DNA of 64,000 nucleotides from Octopus vulgaris (taxonomy: Eukaryota), in NCBI GenBank assembly GCA_951406725.2, contig OX597828.1, positions 21,018,001 through 21,082,000 on the forward strand, written 5' to 3'. Both the position numbers and the translations under genes were made by a program. Shown piece after piece: positions 27,496-41,200 of this stretch. The notes under the pieces were generated by a model. That model saw only the letters and a list, made by a program, of their open reading frames with translations, made no database searches and had not been told where the DNA came from. The first letter of the stretch is position 1. Each line of letters begins with the position of its first letter.

Positions 27496-29924
27496 TTGCT
27501 TAGCCCCAAGTGAACCCTTGACCTAACAAACTTACTCTGACAAACATTTACACAGCTTCTATCCAATTTTTCTTCAATTCCACCCCACCCCCACCCTCAC
27601 TCTTCAGGAATAGTGTATCAAGGACTACATTTTTCTAGACATGCAACTGTGATTTGAAGAACTGGTTGCTATTTCTAGCAGCTTGGAGGAGGAGGCACCT
27701 TCCATAGACTGATGGTGATGATGATGATGATGATGATGATGGTGGTGGTGATATTGGCATAGTATTGGTGCTGTTGCTGGTGGTGGTAGTGTAAATCCTA
27801 ATCAATGAGACCAGGGATCATAAAGCATTCCAGCCATGACCAACACAATTTTATTTTCCTGTGCTCTTTCAGGAAGTACATAAAAAAAATATGTCCTTCT
27901 TTATTGAAAACGGGTTTTTCATCTAAATTGGGTGGGGGGTGCTATTTCTAGCTGGTCGAATGCTCACATCTAAAGACAGTTGGTCAAAAACTGAAGCAAC
28001 CACAGTAACAACCAAACGTAGTGGGAGGATCAGTGAATGAGGAGTGGCAAGAGGAGATGTTTACTATCGGAGTTGCTGGTTAATGGTCACGGCTGGGAGT
28101 CCAGAGCTAAAGAGGGGGAGGAAGAGTAATCGTAAAAAGGGAGTGAGTCAGTCCTCACCTTTTTTTTCTTTCACACTCTCTGTCTCTCTTATACTCTCTC
28201 TCCTTTTCTTGTGTGACGTTTCATAGGAGAACTGAAACGAAGGTAAAGGAAGGTGAAAGAGTAGAACGAGGAGGAAGTGGTGGACGGAAAGGAAGGTAAA
28301 AGTGAAGGAGGAGGGGGAGGAGAAGGAGGGGACGAGGTAAAGGAGAGGAAGTTAAAGTGATTACGATGATGATGATGATGATGATGATGATAATGATGAT
28401 GACTACTATTATGGCTGGAATGACGTGCAGCTACAGATAGTTTTATTAAGTAGGAATGGTTAGTGGATATGTCTGGAAAGAAAGAAAAATAAGGAGTTAC
28501 AGAAGTACAGAAAGAGCGAGAGAGTGAGAGAATGTGAAGAGAGAGAGAGAGTGAGAAATACGGAGACAGAGACAGAGAGAGGTATGAGAGCTATTGGAGA
28601 ATGGGAGAGTAATATCTCTTGCTTATGATGATGTAGAAATGTGACGTAGAGTTGTGACGTAGTCGTTTAGTTGTGACGTAGTCATTGTTATAGAAGTGGG
28701 AGGAAGATAAATAGAAGAAGGAACAGGAGTAGGAGGAGAAGGAAGATCAGCAGCAGCAGCAACAGAAGAAGTAGAAGAAGAGGAAGAAGAAGAATAAAAG
28801 AAGAAGAAGAAGGAAAAGAAGAAGAAGAAGAAGAAGAAGAAGAAGAAGAAGAAGAAGAAGAAGAATGAGAGAAAATGGTGGTAGTGGAAAAGCTGAAGAG
28901 ATAGAGTAAAGATGGAGTAAGGTGACAATAACATGCAAAGAGAAAAACAAAGACAAAAATTGGTGGATTAGTTTATTGAAACAGTAGTCACTGATACTAT
29001 ATTTTAACACAAATCTAAGGTGGTAAGCTGGCAGAAATGTTAGCATGCCGGGCGAAATGCTTAGTGGTATTTCGTCTGTCTTTATGTTCTGAGTTCAAAT
29101 TCTGATGAGGTCGACTTTGCCTTTCATCATTTCAGCATCAATAAATTAAGTACCAGTTACGCACTGGGGTCGATGTAATCAACTTAATCCGTTTGTCTGT
29201 CCTTGTTTGTCCCTTCTGTGTTTAGCCCCTTGTGGGTAGTAAAGAAATAAGTATTTCGTCTGTCTTTACATTCTGAGTTCAAATTCCAATGAGGTCGACT
29301 TTGCCTTTCATCATTTCGGCATCAATAAATTAAGTACCAGTTACGCACTGGGTTCGATTTAATCGACTTAACCCCTTTGTCTGTCCTTGTTTGTCCCCTC
29401 TATGTCTAGCCCCTTGTGGGCAGTAAAGAAATAAGAAACCTTAACACAAAGTTACAAATTCATAAAGGAGTTTGAACTATCTCCATATTTGTACTTATTT
29501 GGTAAGAAACAAAAAAATACAGTAGAATTATGTCGCAGAATTATGCATGCCGAGACCCTTTATGGCACTTCCTAATAGACAGCGCTCATCATGATCACTT
29601 ATCATCTGCTTTTCCATGCTTGTACGAGTCTGGAAGAATTTGTTCAGGGAGATATTCTACAGTTGGACACATTTCTTGATGCTAACCCTCACCTGTTTCG
29701 AAAACAAGGAAATATATTTTCCCATGGCCAGACAATGCTTTTCATGGAAGACTGGAAACAAGCAACATCGGTTGTTTAATGGTGATGCTTGTTTCCTACC
29801 CTCATGTGATGTCAAGACAGGGTACGCAAAATCACCCATGCACGCACGCACACACACACACACACATACACATGCATTCATACATACTGGTTTCAAATTT
29901 TTTTCATAAAAAGAAAAAAATCTG

Positions 29925-30321
29925 GTTCTTACAGCCGGTCTTTGTCATCGCCTGAATCTCTGGCCCCTCCTTTCGGTGCTTCTACAACAGCGCTTAGGGT
30001 GGTTCGGTCATGTGGCCCGGTGTCCAGAGGGTGAGCTGATTCATGGTGTCCTCCTCCCACCTCCACTTCCCAGCTGGCACAACACACGGGTGGGCAGCTG
30101 AAAACCTGGGCAATGACAATAAAGGCGGACCTCTCTGAACTATCAGGTCCGCAGGTGGTCGGTCTGCGCAGATGGAACCGCAAATGGCTCGCTATCTCCA
30201 GTGACCTCGCACAGGACCATTGAGCATGGGCCGCCATGGTTCGTTATGCCGTCAGGACCAGAGAAGAAGCCGGCTCAACCCACCCTGGGTGAACACTGTC
30301 ACAAGTACAAGTACAAGTAAG
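29925..30321 (+). mobile_element. RTE-clade LINE 3' fragment with a (CAAGTA)n tail
   Basis: Reads RLRV/WFGHVAR...GGQLKTWAMTIKADL...LAQDH*AWAAMVR...AGSTHPG*, followed by CAAGTACAAGTACAAGTAAGT. Confidence 0.8.
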
Positions 30322-32394
30322 TGTCAAATTTTAGCGCAAAGCCAGCAGTTTAAGGGCAGGCAGCATAAGTTGGTTGCATTGACCTCAGTGCTCAACTAGT
30401 AGTTATTTTATCAACCCTGAAGGATGGAAGGCCAAGTCAACTCACTGTGGGATTTGAACACGGATTGTAAAGACAGCCAAGATGCTGCTAAGCATTTTCC
30501 CAGTATGCTACACTTCTGCCAGCATCACACTATGATATTCTTTTATTTGTGTCAGTCGTTTGACTGTGGCCATGCTGGAGCACTGCTTTTAGTCAACCAA
30601 ATCAACCCCGGGACTTCTTTGTAAGCCTAGTACTTATTCTATCAGTCCCTTTTGCCGAACCACTAAGTTACGAGCGATGGTTGGGGGACAAACACAGACA
30701 CACACACACAAACATATACACATATATATATACCTATATATATATATATATATATAACAGGCTTTTTTCAGTTTCCGTCAACCAAATCCACTCACAAGGC
30801 CTTGGTCAGCCCAAGGCTATAGTAGAAGACACTTGCCCCAGGAGCCACGCAGTAGGACTGAACCTGGGACTATGTGGCTGGTAAGCAAGCTACTTACCAC
30901 ACAGCCACTCCTTCACCTATGCATAAATATCAATGTTCATTTTATGTTAAAATCCTTTCTACTAAAGGCACAAGGCCTGAAATTTTGGAGGACAGGTAAG
31001 TCAATGATATCGACCCCAAAAAGATGAAAGGCAAAGTTGACCTTGGTGGAGTTTGAACTCAGAACATTGAGGCAGACAAGACGCCACTAAGCAATTTTCC
31101 CAGTGTATGTTTCTGCCAGCTTGACCCCTTAACATATACATGCATATCAATGTATGTTTTTATGTAATAACTAGCAATGCACCCCGGCGTTGCCTAAGTG
31201 TTATGACCTACAGCCATATTGTATTATTTGCTCCTTTCTTATGAGCAGAATCAGCACACGAGGAGTATGAAGCAAACAACTCTTCTTTATAAACATTGTT
31301 TTCGATCATTTTCTGATGAACAACGCTGCAGTTTCCATCTACTAAATTCAGTTACAAGGCTGTGGTTGGCCTAGGGCTATAATAGAAAAAACTTGCCCAA
31401 GGTACCATGCAGAGGGATTGAACATGGAACCATATGGCTGGGAAGCACACTTCTCAACCACACAGTCATTCTTGCACCTAATATGTGTGAGTGTGTGTGT
31501 TTACGTTTGTTGCTAAATCGAGTATTGTGTCCCACTATGTCTCAAAGTTAGCAGTTCATCAAGCAGAGATCTATAAAATAAATGCCAAATTGAAATACGA
31601 ATTGAGGTCAGTATGATCAACTAAATACATGAAGGGGACACCCTATAATGGCAGTAGTCGAAAGTCTAAACCCAATAAAATAATGTTTAAAGACTTAATG
31701 GCTTCAAATTTAAGGCAATGGATTACTGACCACAGGATAATGAGTTCAAGACTTCGTATTGAACTTCCACTCTAAACGATAACACTATATGTGCATCTCA
31801 GTCTACTTGACTTCCAGCAATTAACAATTGTAATTTGAAGTTGATTGGTTGGCAGTAAGAAACATGTCCAGATTTCTTTAAAAATTTTTGTGAAAAATAT
31901 AGAGAAAAAGCATTTTTTTTACCACAACAAAACGCACACACACAGAGGTGTCTCTGTGGTAACTTGAGCTACTACAACTAGCAGCTAAATCTCTCTTAAA
32001 GCACACCCTTTCATCGAAAGAAAGACACAGATTTACAATATTTCAGGAAGCAAAAACAAGTATGCAATGGGTCTACTACATCAGAAGCATCTCTGGGCTA
32101 AACAAAACACAGACAAACATACTTCACATTAAAAGATTATCTATTGAATAATACTAAAGTTGACAGAATATCTTCGAAGTTTCATTCCCTGCTCAAACTC
32201 CATGTATTTTAAACATTTTCTTATTAATCTCTAATACATAGTTTGTTGAGGCAGAGTTGCCTCCCTTAGCTAAAGGCCTCAAAATTGTTTTCGAGGTGAT
32301 TTTTGTAGTAAAAAAGTTGTTGTGCGAAAAACATGCTTTATTTGGTAGCCGAATGACTACTGAATGTTCTGTTACTTCATACGTCAAAATTGGC

Positions 32395-32600
32395 AATTCA
32401 GTTTTCAAATTTGAAGGCTACCTCCATGCAATTCAAAAACAAAAGATCTCCACCGCCAACATTCTACAGGATAAGAGGCAGAAAGCTTTCACAGACAGCA
32501 ATGTAGGTTGTGCAAGACCAAGCTTGAAGACATCAACCACATTATTACCAGCTGCAAGAGAATGTCTTCCAGATAGCATCTTCCTACAAGGCATGGTGCA
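32395..32600 (+). pseudogene. R4/Dong-like LINE fragment with a CCHC zinc knuckle
   Basis: FEGYLHAIQKQKIST, then after a frameshift CRLCKTKLEDINHIITSC.RMSSR*HLPTRH (CX2C...HX4C followed by RH). Confidence 0.7.
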
Positions 32601-34115
32601 GTGGCCAGAACAGTCTGAATAGGATAACAAAAAGGAAAACACCCACAGATAAAATTGACTATATTGCTTTCCTTCACAAGAGTGGACGATAGAATAAGTA
32701 CTAAGCTTACAAAGAGTGAGTCCCGGGATCAATTTGCTCAACTGAGGGCGGTGTTCCAGCATGGCTGCAGTCAAATGACTGAAACAAGTAAAAGAGTAAA
32801 AGAGAGTAAAAGTGTATGTAGTCCCACTGCGTGGCATCTTGGGCAAGTGTCTTCTACTATAGCCCCGGGCCGACCAATGCCTTGTAAGTGGATTTGGTAG
32901 ACGGAAACTGAAAGAAGCCTGTCGTATATATGTATATATATGTGTGTGTGTGTGTGTGATTGTGTGTCTGTGTTTGTCCCCTAGCATTGCTTGACGACCG
33001 ATGCTGGTGTGTTTACGTCCCCGTCACTTAGCGGTTTGGCAAAAGAGACCAATAGAATAAGTACTGGGCTTACAAATAAGTACTGGCCGCAGTCAAATGA
33101 CTGAAACAAGTAAAAGAGTATGTATGTATGTATGTATGCATGTATACATGTATGTATGTATGCATGTATGTATGTGAAGGTGCATGGCTCAGTGGTTAGA
33201 GTGTTTTTTATTCTTTTACTTGTTTCAGTCATTTGATTACGGCCGTGCTGGAGCACCAACTTAAGTTTCACAGTAGGTACGAAACTGAAAGTGTATCTTC
33301 AATTCTAGATTTGCAAACTCCTTATCAGTGGTCCATAGAAGTTCTCTGTCTCTTGTATGTTTTTAACAACCACAATGGTGTCCAGAGGGCAGCTGATTTC
33401 TACATCATCATCATCATCATCATCGTCTAATGTCTGCTTTCCATGCTGGCATGGGTTGGATGATTTGACTGAGGACTGGGGAGCCAGAGGCTGCACCAGG
33501 CTCAATCTGATCTGGCTAAGTTTCTACAGCTGGATGCCCTTCCCAACGCCAACCACTCCAAGAGTGTAGTGGGTGCTTTTACGTGAGACCGGCATGAGGG
33601 CCAGTCAGGCGGTTCTGGCAATGACCACGCTCAAAAGGTATTTTTTATGTCCTACCTGCATGGGAGCCAGTCCAGCAGCACTGGCAATGACCACGCTTGA
33701 ATGCTGTTTTTCACATGCCTCTGGCACATGTGCCAGTAGGGTGACTCTGGCAACGATCACGCTCAAATGGTGGTTTTCACATGCTACCGGCATGGAAGCC
33801 AATCCGTGGCCCTGGCAACAATCACAATGGAACATAATTTATATTAGTGGTTCCGCACGACAATATCTGCCTGGTTATGTTATAACATGGTGGCTGGTTT
33901 AATTCTTCAGTTCCACTAATATTCTTTTGACCCCCTCAATCTCAACAGGTGTTGTGTCTGGTCTTTAATAAAAAATTGAATTTTTCCCTGTAAGTTTGGA
34001 GTTATACTCCCTAACATATATATATATATATATATTATATACAGGGTGGTCCAAAAGTAGGTTTACAGTTATTCAATTGTCTCTTTTGCATTCATATATT
34101 AATAGTTTGGATCTT

Positions 34116-34268
34116 AATTTATTTACATTTCATGGATATTTGTCCTCATCTTGTTTGTTGATAACACGTTTCGGCTGATGTACTCTCCAGAGGTATATCA
34201 GCCGAAACGTTGTTTAACAACAAACAACATACAAGATGAGGACAAATATCCATCAAATGTAAATAATT
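34116..34268. repeat. Palindromic Penelope-like junction nested in a Tc1-like MITE (about 34042-34450)
   Basis: Arms ...CGTTTCGGCTGAT / ATCAGCCGAAACG... with a ~10-bp centre. The host shows GGTTTACAGTTAT / ATAACTGTAAACC inverted ends. Confidence 0.6.
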
Positions 34269-35323
34269 CCTCATCTCTTAAATATAGAACTGTATTAGAT
34301 CTTGATTATAAAAAAAACTATGAAACCATTATTCTATGCTAATTTAGTTAATTTTGTCAAGTTCCCTTTTCAGTTTGTAAGATAGAAATTTAAATGTAAT
34401 AAGATGTTTTAAAAGAAATTTGAAGTGCCTATGTGATAACTGTAAACCTCCTTATATAGTGATATGTAAATGTAAGATCCAAGGATCAAGGTGTAGGAAG
34501 TTAATAAGTTTCAAACAGTGCATAGAAGGTATAAAAAAACAACTTTCAGGTAATAATAATAGTTCATTGATGTAGAAGGTTGTAAATTTTTCCCATATCA
34601 AAGTTTGATGAGTTGAAAAAAGTTATTTTATAATTCACAGCAATTGGGGTTGCTGTTCAAGTGAATAAAAATCCAAATTTAGGGAATGGAGCAGGTAAAA
34701 ACTGGGCTACATATGTCTCCTCGCTAGCAGAACCTCAGAAGCAGTAATTACCGAAAAGAGGAGTAATCCACTAGCTACTCCCCTGGCCAAAGATACCTTA
34801 GTGAAATGAAGGTCACATTGGATGTCGTTAGGAAGGGCATCCAGCTGTAGAAACTCTGCCAGATCAGACTGGAGCCTGGTGCAGCCCCTGGCTTCCCAGA
34901 CCCCGGTCGAACCGTCCAACCCGTGCTAGCGCGGAAAACGGACGTTAAACGATGATGATGATGATGATGATTGCTGCCAAGAAATCCTGTGTTGATTACA
35001 GGAGGTTTGATGGAAAATGTGTGGAAAGCACAGAGTGAGGGAACGAAAGGGAAAACATATTTGTGAAGAATATATGGGAGTGGGTAGATGTCCAAATTTG
35101 TTAAGGAAAAGAATAAGAATATAAATAAAGAAAGAAAAGGTGAGGAGGAAAAGTGAGGGAGAAATTTGGTATTATTGAAGGTGGTGAGGGAAATGTCTTT
35201 GTGAATTTAGGCTGGGGTCATTTACTGGGTCAACTGTAGAATAAATAAATAAATATACTGTGGAACCCTGAAAATACACGGCCAAGGGATAGGAAGGAAG
35301 AAAGGAACTTCAGAATTTGACAG

Positions 35324-35356
<33 letters not shown>

Positions 35357-36174
35357 TTTTTTTTTTTTTTATTTTAGGCACAAGGCCCGAAATTTTGGCG
35401 GGGGAGGAAGCCAGTCGATTAGATCGACCCCGGTACACAACTGGTATTTAATTTATCGACCCTGAAAGGAAGAAAGGCAAAGTCGACCTCGGCGGAATTT
35501 GAACTCAGAACGTAAAGACAGACGAAATACTGCTATGCATTTCGTCCCGGCGTGCTAACGTTTCTGCCAGCTCACCAGCTTTCAGACAGATGCCAGCACT
35601 TGGTTAGTTCTCATTTTCAACTGAGTAGACTGAAGCAACATGAAATGAAGTGCCTTGCTCAAGGGCAGAACACGTCACCTGATCTAGGAATCGTATCTGT
35701 GACTCAGGATCATGAACCTAACATCCCTAACGTCTAAACCACAAGTCTTCACACTCATGGATATACGTATATTTGTTTGGCCATTACTTTTTTTGTACTT
35801 TAGTACACTAAACATGCACTAAATAAACAGCTCACTATTAGTTATTGGTAAATTGTTGATGAGTAACCGTGTGTATTGTTGTATTTTGGTTGGGTCATTC
35901 TGCCGATAACGACATGAAAGAGTGAGAATGAGAGAAAGAGAAAGAAAGGAAGAATGAGACAGCAGACGAGAGGGAAAGCAAAACAGAGGGAGAAAAAGAA
36001 ATAAATGCGAGACAGAGAGAATAAGATAGGAATGATTAGCAAAACGGAAAGAATGAATAAAAAAAAAAAGAAGAAAAACGTAATGAAAATGAGAGGGAGA
36101 GGATGTGATAGAGAAGAAGTGAAAGAGAATAAATGACAAAACAAAATAAAGATAAAGAATTAGACAGAGAGATG

Positions 36175-37244
36175 ATAACAAATGGAAGAAAGATGGTTAA
36201 TAAATGGATAACAAATGGAAGAAAGATGGTTAATAAATGGAAGAAAGATGGTTAATAAATGGATAACAAATGGAAGAAAGATGGTTAATAAATGGATAAA
36301 AAATGGAAGAAAGATGGTTAATAAATGGAAGAAAAATGGTTAATAAATGGATAACAAATGGAAGAAAGATGGTTAATAAATGGATAACAAATGGAAGAAA
36401 GATGGTTAATAAATGGATAACAAATGGAAGAAAGATGGTTAATAAATGGAAGAAAGATGGTTAATAAATGGATAACAAATGGAAGAAAGATGGTTAATAA
36501 ATGGATAACAAATGGAAGAAAGATGGTTAATAAATGGAAGAAAAATGGTTAATAAATGGATAACAAATAGAAGAAAGGGATAAATGAGATGGTTAATAAA
36601 TGAGAAATGGAAAAATGGAATAAATGAAGAAAATGGTTAATAAATGGAAGAAAAATGGTTAATAAATGGATAACAAATAGAAGAAAGATGGTTAATAAAT
36701 GGATAACAAATGGAAGAAAGATGGTTAATAAATGGAAGAAAAATGGTTAATAAATGGATAACAAATGGAAGAAAGATGGTTAATAAATGGATAACAAATA
36801 GAAGAAAGATGGTTAATAAATGGATAACAAATGGAAGAAAAATGGTTAATAAATGGATAACAAATGGAAGAAAGATGGTTAATAAATGGAAGAAAAATGG
36901 TTAATAAATGGATAACAAATGGAAGAAAGATGGTTAATAAATGGATAACAAATGGAAGAAAGATGGTTAATAAATGGATAACAAATGGAAGAAAGATGGT
37001 TAATAAATGGATAACAAATGGAAGAAAGATGGTTAATAAATGGAAGAAAAATGGTTAATAAATGGATAACAAATGGAAGAAAGATGGTTAATAAATGGAA
37101 GAAAAATGGTTAATAAATGGATAACAAATGGAAGAAAGATGGTTAATAAATGGATAACAAATGGAAGAAAGATGGTTAATAAATGGATAATAAATGGAAG
37201 AAAGATGGTTAATAAATGGATAATAAATGTTAGAAAGATGGTTA
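36175..37244 (+). repeat. ~1.07-kb minisatellite of 33-bp and 22-bp units built from three 11-mers
   Basis: The 11-mers are ATAACAAATGG, AAGAAAGATGG and TTAATAAATGG. Confidence 0.95.
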
Positions 37245-37819
37245 AGAGAGAGATAGAGAGGAAAAAGTAAGAGAAAAATAAGGAAATATTAGTGATATGA
37301 ATGAGAAAGAACTGTCGGCTGCAAAAAGTAACGTGGTTGATTTAGTTCAAGTGTTACTTGTGAGCGAGAAGAAACTGTATCGTCTGATTTTTTTAAAGTT
37401 CATTATTGATATTGATATTATCATTAATATAATAACTATTTTTATTTTTAATATTAATATTATTACTATTATAAAAAAAATATTATTATTTACTTTTGAC
37501 AATATTAATTTTTTTTTTTGCCGACTTCTTTAATTTCTACATCCGGTTGTACTCTTACTATAAAATCCGCATTTAATGTAATATCCTTTTTTGATTAGCC
37601 AAACAGTTTTGTAAGGTAGCAAGGAGGGTGGGGATTTACATAACACTGACACTTACATGGATATATATATACATAAGCATATACAAATATTAAATATATG
37701 CAAGGAGAAAAAGAACAGAATATGATTTATTTTATTACTTCATAAATTAAAAAAATATTAATTTAAATAATATTTCCAATTTTGTTTTCAACCTCTACGT
37801 GCCGTTATAGTTGTGATTA

Positions 37820-37880
37820 TTATTCACCAATGAGAATGCACGAAAATCTCAGGGAAATTCCCCTACATTCCCGCCAACTT
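37820..37880 (+). promoter_or_regulatory. Putative CHAF1A promoter elements: CCAAT box and E2F site
   Basis: CCAAT at 37827-37831 and TTCCCGCCAA starting at 37868 (canonical E2F TTSSCGC), ~270-320 bp upstream of the ATG. This pairing is typical of S-phase genes. Confidence 0.55.
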
Positions 37881-38145
37881 ATGAAAAGTAGCTTTGTAAG
37901 TCCTTCATAGAAGTTTCGGAAGTCTACGTATTTTCTTGATGTCGTCCTCAAAATACAAACACATGAATTATTTTTAAGTGTGGAAAACCGAATTGAAGAA
38001 TAACGAAGGGGGAAATCAAGATCTATAGGAATTTTCCGAAATTTTGTTTTTATTTAAATACAGATTGCAGTATCGCCAGTTTGTCTTGTAACTTTCGACT
38101 TGCATAAATATATTTAAGGTGTTTGGCAGAGAAAGGAAAGACAAA

Positions 38146-38251
38146 ATGGGTGATAATTGTTTGGAAGTTTTTGTGGCGCCGACTGATATTACCACCAACA
38201 ATAACAGTAGCACTGATGCCGACATCACAATCATCGCCGACAACATGACAG
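38146..38251 (+). CDS. CHAF1A: CHAF1A coding exon 1 (MGDNCLEVFVAPTDITTNNNSSTDADITIIADNMT+G)
   Basis: ATG in AAAATGG context at 38146, 106 nt open, donor CAG|GTGAGC at 38251/2 (phase 1). Joins in frame (G+AT=Asp) to the exon at 48740. CCAAT and E2F motifs lie ~300 bp upstream. Confidence 0.7.
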
Positions 38252-41200
38252 GTGAGCGACCGTCTTTTAGAGAGAGAGAGAAAGAGTAAAAGTCAGTGAG
38301 TGAGGGGTGAAGGTTCCTTCGAAGGGGAGGCAGTGAGCAATATTGTGATTGAGAGAGAGTGAGGGGCAGAGTTGCATTGCCGAATCATGAGGGTGGGAGT
38401 TAATGTGAGGAAGATAGCCAGAGAGAATGTATGAGAGGGTGATTTTTATTTTTATGTAAAAGTGAAAGAGTGATTAAAACGGGTGAAATTAGATAGATAC
38501 ATAAATGTGAGAGAAAGTTAATTGACAAAATTTAAGCTTTAACCTCAACATGGCAGCATCTGAAGTTTAAAAAATCCCCAAATTTTGTTTCTTTCCATGA
38601 AATCTCAGCTTTTTTCTTTTTAGATTTTATTAGAATAGGAAGAGGTAAGATTTCTCATAAGTTTTGTCAAAACCAAACTTCTGGTAGAAAATTATTATTC
38701 CTCTTTAATATTATAAAATTACTTTTATTAAGAAATGGCCATAATCTTGGTTTTGAGGGAGACTTCACAAATTTTATTTCTTTTTATAATAGAAAACGTG
38801 GACATGAACGTGTCCAAGAACTCCCGTTTTCATTGAAGCAACAGTGCTACTCCTGTTTAAATTAAGCTGCTAATATTTTCTTAGAGAAAAGCATGAACAT
38901 CACAACATCATTTCTACCATTTCAATCTGAAATTTTGTATTTCAACAGGAATAGTTTTTTGTTTTTTTTTACAGATATTTATATTGGAAAATGTTAGAGA
39001 TAATTATTATTATTATTATTTATATTGGAAAATGCTTATGTTTAACTTCTTTTTCGTTTTCTTTCGCGGTTTATTTTTGCCGCGAACAAATCTCAGCATG
39101 AACATCACTACTTCCTGATTTCATTCATTCATTCATCTCTCCCATCGTTATATTTTTTAATAACTTTGATAAATTTAATTTCTTGCAGTTGTCTATTTTT
39201 GTTATAGCTTCCTTGTTCAAATAAAGTAACGAGAGGGGGGATGTATTTCAAATAATAATAATGATAATTAATATAGGTTCAAAGCCTGAAATTGTATGGG
39301 AGGGGGCTAGTCGATCATATCGATCTTAGTTCTCAGTTGATGACTTAGCTTATCGAACTGCGAAAAGATGAGATGTAAAGTCGACCTCAAGAGGATCTGA
39401 ACTCGGAACGTAAAGTAATAATAATGTCATTATTTGCCTCAAGTTAAGTAATTAACGAAGGAGGGAAAAAAATCGTTTAAGAGTGTTTCATGGTTAGTTC
39501 CTAATTATAACTGTTTTGGTAACAATAATACTGATAATAATGACTTTTTGGAAAGTTGAAAAGTTCACCGTGTCACATCGAAACGACATTAATCAGCATC
39601 ATTATTATTATTAATAATAATAACCATTTCCTCTTACATAGGCTCAGAGGCGGTCGAAAATATATATCGGACCTTAGCATCTGACTGGTATATTTATTTA
39701 TTTTAAAGATCCTGGATGGGAACGGAATTATCACGACGAACTTTAATATTCTTGGACAAAGAATCCCACTGCCCTCAATAATAATAATAATAATAATAGA
39801 GGTTCCATTATTTGCCATAAGGGTATGGGATGAGGTAACATTACAAGGATTAATGACGGAAGTTTTAAAAGAAATTATCTAAGTCTGGCGTCCATGCTGC
39901 TTTTAATTATGATAATAGAACCACTAATGGACATTATTGATGTGTTAAGTAGAAGCCGCTTATTGTGATCACTCGGAGACTAGTTTTTTCCCCGATAATA
40001 ATCAGTTTCATAACGTCTGTGATTACATATGTTTGTTTTTATATATGTATGTATATGTGTGTGTATCTATATTTATATATATGTATATAATGCTGTGTGT
40101 GAGGAAACTGGTGGGGCACACTTCTGTCCAATTAAAAAATAAAGGACTGATTGGATGATGTCCCCTATATATATACCCTCCCCATACAAATTATAAAGAC
40201 GGAATGGTCACGGATGGAATGTTTTTTGTTATAAGTTGTATTTCCGTATTTTTTTCACTCCAGACTGACCGTGGAACTAAGTTCGTCAAAAACTTATAAA
40301 ATAAAAAGAAAACGTCTTAAAAAGTTGAATGTCAGAATAATTTACTAAAAGTTTTTTAAAAGTTTAAGAGTCCAAAATTGCGCCATCGCCAAGACGAACG
40401 AGCGAAGGATCCGTTCTCTATATGATCTTTCGGTTTGCTAGAAATAGCTGTCAAATCTGCTAGTGATTCTCAATTATGAAGGTGACATCCAGTTACTTGG
40501 AAATAAATAAAATAAAAGATGAAAAAAAAAAACTAGCGCATTTTCGATAATGTAGTCCACTGCTTAATTAAAAAAAAAACAAAACAAATATGTTAGATTG
40601 TCTTGGTTGAATTAACTTCAGATTTTGAAAAAATAAATTATGCGATGTGTTTGCGCCCACCAATTTTTTATTTTTATGTTTTCAGATTAAATTCCAACGT
40701 AATCGTAATCTATGCCATCTAAAAGGTTCTTGTACAAAATTTCATTGAAACATATCCATTTTTCTGAAAGTTATGAGGGAACAAAGTCGGCGTGTGATGA
40801 TGGTTAGGGCGCACTTGTGTATATATACACTCCAAGCCATTATGATCATAGATCCATTTCCATCTAGTTTAACCTGGTGTTAAACGACATCAACATCAAT
40901 TTTCGTCCATAAAAGCAATGAGAATTGAACGATCTGGGTCTCAAGCTCTAAAGGGGGCCCCCTCCTCTTGTCCTACTTAAAGATAATTTTATAACCCCTT
41001 AGTTATCCATTTTGCCTCTACTCCTACAAGCGGTGTTACTGTTATTTTAACCCTAGGCCTTAGGTCAAACTTTATTTAGCAGATGTATGATCGCAAGTTT
41101 TTTCCACCGTGACCATCACATTTTTTTTTTAGTATATTCAGCAACATTCCATTACACGATGTGTTCCCCGCTTCTTGTTTTTTAAGGTGGTACTATCTGA

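Noticed and set aside
36710-37270. ORFs repeating ITNGRKMVNKW
   Set aside because: They are translations of the 33-bp satellite unit, and the frame is broken by 22-bp units.
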